From positions 1 through 12,393 of the forward strand of contig JBHGNT010001072.1 in NCBI GenBank assembly GCA_043228905.1: 12,393 nt of DNA, read 5' to 3'. The notes beneath the pieces were generated by a model. The model saw only the letters and a program-made list of their open reading frames with translations. It was not told the DNA's origin and did no database searches. The stretch's first letter is position 1, and each line of letters starts with the position of its first letter. This DNA comes from Azolla caroliniana (lineage: Eukaryota; Plantae; Polypodiophyta). The position numbers and the translations under genes were made by a program. Positions 8,124 to 12,393 of the stretch are shown here, one piece after another.

Positions 8124-8550
8124 TCATGTAAAGGGATAGGACGGAGTACATTTATTTTGCTAAAACCAAAATACTAAAATAAGATCATACTAATATGTTT
8201 TATACATTAACATTATTCTAACAAATCTGTTCTCGGGATCACATCTTCTTTTTTGATTAATCCAATCCAATCGTGATGAAATGTAACAAAAAATAAACAA
8301 TGCATTAAAGAAGTCGAGGGAATATTTCAAATGAACATGGATCGGTGTGGTTCACATATTAAATAAAGCCTTTGAATGTATTAGCTCGGTTTCTTAATCC
8401 AAGTTTTCATGTATTAACCAAATATTAAGTAACAAAGCCCGTTTCCAATTGTCATATCAGCACATCACACATGTGCTCTTTGTCGTGCTACACATATTTT
8501 GTTACAAAAGTTTAGTCCATTCTTGTAGTTCGGTGTTGGGTGAGTTTGTC

Positions 8551-8690
8551 AAGATAGTATATGTATGTTCTTGACATTAATGTTCATTTCCTTTGATGTA
8601 ACTTAATAAACTTCTGTTTGAAGATGGTATATGTATGTTCTTGACATTGATGTTCATTTCCTTTGATGTAACTTACTAAACTTGTGTTTG
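8551..8690. repeat. Two-copy 70-bp tandem duplication (4 mismatches)
   Basis: 8551-8620 vs 8621-8690. Confidence 0.95.
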
Positions 8691-9050
8691 AATCCATCTT
8701 CATGGATCTTCTTGGATGAATGTTCTTGATGTTGTACTTTAATTCCTGATGGGAACCTCAAACATACCATAACTATACATATAGAGAGAGTTTGAATCGA
8801 TCGGTAATAATGTGGTAATGATTGATGGGACATTTATAGGTTGAAGTTTGTACTCATTGGAAAGTTTGTACAGTGAACAAACAAAACTAGCATGAAATAT
8901 AATTAAAAGCATATAGGAAATTATTTTAACTCCAATATTTTGGGTATTTAAAATTTGGAGCAATGTACATTTAGATTATTGAGAATGGGATACATGGTTG
9001 GATCAAACCAAAAGAAATAAACAACGACACAATGTGTACAATATCATCGG

Positions 9051-9052
<2 letters not shown>

Positions 9053-9082
<30 letters not shown>
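9053..9082. repeat. (GTGCCT)5 hexamer repeat in the presumed PPO 3' UTR
   Basis: Read directly; ~80 nt beyond the PPO stop codon. Confidence 0.95.
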
Positions 9083-9163
9083 ATGCTTGTCGGCAATGAG
9101 CGAAATGAATGTGAAGTTTTATAAATGGGGGGGAGTAAGCCATTACAAAACAAAAAGGACTAT

Positions 9164-10795
9164 CTACACTTCATAGTTGATCCGGAGGCCTTGGATGGTC
9201 ACTCTCTCGGTGCCCTTCACGATGATCGTGATCACGACCTCGTTGTCCTTCTTGATTCCCACACGCTTCAAGTTATCTCCGATCTCGAACTTTAGGTTGG
9301 TCATGAGCCGCCGATGTTGGCTCGCCGATGGCACCACGTTGAATGTCCCCACATACTCGGCGCTGTTCGTGAGTGTCGTGTTGGTCGCACCGGGGAGATT
9401 CACGAACACCAGCAGTTGCACGAAACTGTCTCTCACCACGTCCATTGCCTCGATCGTCAGCACCTCCTCCGAGTGCTCCGGCCTTTTCACACCTATAGCG
9501 GACGGCCGTTGCACGCGTGCAACGAGCTTCTTGCCTAGCTCAATTGTCCCGTTGAGAGGCGAGGAACCGACGAACGGCACGCCCGAAGCTATGGCCGCCT
9601 GTAGGGCACTCCCGTTCGAGACTGGGACCGGGGAGAATCGAATCCACAACTTGTCGGAGCTCACCCTCTTGTATTTGTAGCCAAGCTTGCTTATGTCGAG
9701 CACATCTCGCACCTTTATCTTCACCATGTTTGCATATTCGTCGAAGAAAGGGAACTCGGCGTCGAGGAAGTCGGTTACGTTGAAATCGTGGCGCTCGCCA
9801 TCGGGGAGGTGGAATCGCCACATGTCCCACAGCCGGTCAACATTGGTGTGATGGGAGTAGAACACGGGATCGCGACCGGCCGACGTGAAGGTGCCCATAT
9901 CTTCTCCGAGGGTGTTGTTTCTGTTGCCGGTCCAGTAATGGATGCCATTGTGGATCGTGTTCTCGATGCTGCCACCCAACGGAGCAGAGATGACAGTGGA
10001 ATTGGTGAGGTCGGACCCGAGAACGTAAGGGCCACCTAGGAAGAGCTCCGGGGTGCGGGCCGTCACCATGGCTTGATACATGGAATTGAGATTCTCCAAG
10101 GCGATGAGGGTGGTGTTGCTGGTGCTACTGGCTGGGGAGAGACGGATGAGGGTGGTGCCCGAGAGCGCGGAGGTGCTGCGGTTGGCGTCGAAGAGGGCGG
10201 TGCCATTGCGTGCGAACATGGGGGGCAACACGTTGCCGCCATCACGTTGGTCGTCCCAGTTCCAATAGACAAGTGCGAACGACGGATCGCCGATGAGACT
10301 ACCGAGGATGCGCTCGTGGAAGTAGAGGTACATACGGTGCCACGGGAGGAACAACCACGAGAAGTGGACCTGGAGAGGTTTATCGGCAGCGGCGCCGCCT
10401 TGCTTGTAGGCACCGTTGCAAAAGGCACAATGGAGATCGGCCTGGACCTTGAAGCTGCGGGGATCGGTGTCGGGGAGGGCTTTCATGAGAGCGTATGCCT
10501 TGTTGTACTTGGCGATGTACTCTTCGCTCACACGGTGGGCGGGGTGCCGGACACGGGTCTTGGGGGACTTGTAGGCATCCAAGGAGAAGCGGACGACCTT
10601 GTGGGCGGGGACGATGGGGATGCAACAATTGAAGAGATAGGTGTTCTTGGCATTGGGGCCAGCAGCAGGCCTGTCGACGGCAAGCTGACATTGGGACAAA
10701 TCGGGGACGGTAACGGGATCCGCGGCCACGAAAGAGAACAATGGCAGGAACAGGGCTAGCACCAACACAACGTGATGGAGGTTATTGGAGGCCAT
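9164..10795 (-). CDS. PPO: Polyphenol oxidase (type-3 copper; tyrosinase/catechol oxidase family), 543 aa, secretory-pathway type, intronless
   Basis: CuA: HCAFC...QVHFSWLFLPWHR. CuB: ENTIHNGIHYWTG...EDMGTFTSAGRDPVFYSHHTNVDRLW. N-terminal PDLSQC...NCC cysteines, a DWL-like DFLDAEFPFFDE, LGYKY, and a C-terminal domain with EEVLTIE and AEYVGTF. The ATG is at 10795; the track start at 10804 is a TTG. Confidence 0.96.
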   Translation of the reverse strand: MASNNLHHVVLVLALFLPLFSFVAADPVTVPDLSQCQLAVDRPAAGPNAKNTYLFNCCIPIVPAHKVVRFSLDAYKSPKTRVRHPAHRVSEEYIAKYNKAYALMKALPDTDPRSFKVQADLHCAFCNGAYKQGGAAADKPLQVHFSWLFLPWHRMYLYFHERILGSLIGDPSFALVYWNWDDQRDGGNVLPPMFARNGTALFDANRSTSALSGTTLIRLSPASSTSNTTLIALENLNSMYQAMVTARTPELFLGGPYVLGSDLTNSTVISAPLGGSIENTIHNGIHYWTGNRNNTLGEDMGTFTSAGRDPVFYSHHTNVDRLWDMWRFHLPDGERHDFNVTDFLDAEFPFFDEYANMVKIKVRDVLDISKLGYKYKRVSSDKLWIRFSPVPVSNGSALQAAIASGVPFVGSSPLNGTIELGKKLVARVQRPSAIGVKRPEHSEEVLTIEAMDVVRDSFVQLLVFVNLPGATNTTLTNSAEYVGTFNVVPSASQHRRLMTNLKFEIGDNLKRVGIKKDNEVVITIIVKGTERVTIQGLRINYEV

Positions 10796-10860
10796 AGGAA
10801 GCAAATCTATGAATGCTCTCTACTGTCTATGGAGTAGATCGAGATTATTGGTATAAGCAG

Positions 10861-10924
10861 GGTGCTACTATTATGAATGTTCTTTGATGGATGGTGTTAC
10901 TATTATGAATGTTCTTTGATGGAT
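10861..10924. repeat. Two-copy 32-bp tandem duplication (1 mismatch) in the PPO leader / proximal promoter
   Basis: GGTGYTACTATTATGAATGTTCTTTGATGGAT x2. Confidence 0.95.
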
Positions 10925-10958
10925 GGGTGTGATGTAACCTATATTATATGTATGTATG

Positions 10959-11271
10959 TATAATGTCAACTGGTATGTCTCTTTATATAATGTCAATTGG
11001 TACCTCTATTTGTGATGGAGATAACCTCTATATATTTTGTAATAATAATATAGAAAAATCAATGAGTTTGAATGGTCTTCTACCCATTAATCCCTAAAAT
11101 GTCAAGCTTTTCGTTGAATCCAAGATATCCATCCTACATACGGAAAATGTCAACATAATTCCTAGACTTATATATCACATACTAGATTTGGAAAACGTCA
11201 ACATAATTGGCAGCAAATATATCATGTTGCTTATAATAGAAATAGAAAAGTATGTTAATTTACAGCGTCAA
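10959..11271 (-). promoter_or_regulatory. Cluster of six TTGAC (W-box core / TGACG-like) motifs upstream of PPO
   Basis: GTCAA on + at 10965, 10992, 11101, 11149, 11197 and 11267, all in the same orientation. Confidence 0.55.
10982..10989 (-). promoter_or_regulatory. Candidate TATA box for PPO (TATATAAA on -)
   Basis: The + strand reads TTTATATA, ~190 nt upstream of the ATG. An alternative TATAATAT lies at ~10941-10948. Confidence 0.35.
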
Positions 11272-12393
11272 CATATCTATATCTGTCTGTCTGTCTGTAT
11301 GTGTAAATGAAACATTGTGGAAGAGCTTCCATAACTCTTCATTAAATCGAACGCGTATTCACTCACTTTGTTGTTTCACACAGTTTTGACTTTGTCATTA
11401 CATTTTAAATGCAACATTTCAATTACCATATTGATTTGCTTGCGTTTTATTTATTATTCTTGTTTCAATTACCAAAGGATTAACATTTCCACCAACAGAC
11501 AACTCCTTAATATTAGCCGCCAAGTTCTCTTCATTGATTTCACTCCCAATTTTACATGGAGATTTTACCATGAAAATAGCTGGAGATTTCAAGTCCTCAA
11601 AGACATTGACATATATCGTATCTTCATTCATAGAACGTTAGGGTGCATATATGCACATATAAGACTTGTGTTTGGTTGTAAGGTATATTTTTTCCTCCTC
11701 CCATCTAGTGGACTTTCTTCCTAAGGATAATTGAGAATTAAGGTTGTGTCCCACTCCACTTTGCCTTTTGACCAGTGAAAGGGCAAGACTTGTCCTATCT
11801 AATATATCTCTTTTTCAATCTATCTAAGTTTGGCGTTTTATAATGTCGTTGCACCCATTTCTCTACAAAATACAAGGGATTTACAGAATCGGTACGCAAT
11901 TTTATAATATGTAGGTATGTTATTATATTCTAGTATTTCCTGCACGTCAAGACATATATATTTACTCTTAATCTAAGACAATATGAATCCAACTTTTGTG
12001 TTTATTTTATAGTGGTCAAGCCACAACATTTCATAAATCTTGAAAATCATTGTTTCAGGAGTTATAGGTAGTTTGGGTTGATATACTTTTAGTTTTTAGA
12101 AATGTATGCATTATGACATGCATCAAGACATTTATCTACATTATGGAGGTAACCTAAACAATCAAATAATGGCAATGGTTTTGAATTGAATTTCCTTTAG
12201 AACTTGCAACAATGTAATTATATTGTGATATGCACATAAGAGATCAAAACCAACCTACTTAGCTTCTTACTTCTTACTCAATCACCCTCATAGAGTGCTC
12301 GGAAAGGGCTGATTCGTGCTACTTAAGGGGTCTTGTTGAGACGTTCTATGAGGCCATTTTTCCTAGGATGGTATGGGGACATAAATATCTGTT

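Noticed and set aside
5359-8690. CRISPR-like arrays
   Set aside because: The repeats are two-copy head-to-tail duplications without unique spacers, in a eukaryotic context.
9177-10759. Antisense and alternative-frame ORFs over PPO
   Set aside because: Expected by-products of a GC-rich coding sequence; no recognisable motifs.
3753-10795. Idea that the secreted PPO cross-links the neighbouring extensin-like protein as a functional gene pair
   Set aside because: The ectodomain lacks Tyr, His and Cys and almost all Lys, so it offers neither PPO substrates nor quinone-reactive side chains. Adjacency alone is not evidence, though co-expression could still be tested.
11761-11786. Small hairpin TTGCCTTTT/AAAGGGCAA
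   Set aside because: An isolated 9-bp stem with one wobble, expected by chance in 12 kb.

Overview
This is plant nuclear DNA: two GC-rich, apparently single-exon genes in AT-rich, repeat-laden intergenic sequence. A non-seed plant such as a fern or lycophyte is plausible, but that is inference only. The genes converge. On + is a signal peptide / Ser-Pro-rich extensin-like ectodomain / single TM / short tail protein (3753-5027). On - is a polyphenol oxidase (9164-10795) with an ER signal peptide and 9 N-glycosylation sequons instead of a plastid transit peptide; its promoter carries six same-orientation TTGAC motifs. The most unusual element is non-coding. At 2014-2174 a 7-bp stem closes six abutting hairpins (a 7-way junction), every non-Watson-Crick pair within the stems is G-U on the + strand, two hairpins are diverged copies whose differences all preserve pairing, and four consecutive hairpin tips share RYGGR. 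A SINE-like box A/box B module and an A9 tail follow it. The window also holds a tRNA-derived SINE head, microsatellites, four two-copy tandem duplications and probable transposon debris. All pairings were found by eye; no folding program or database search was run.
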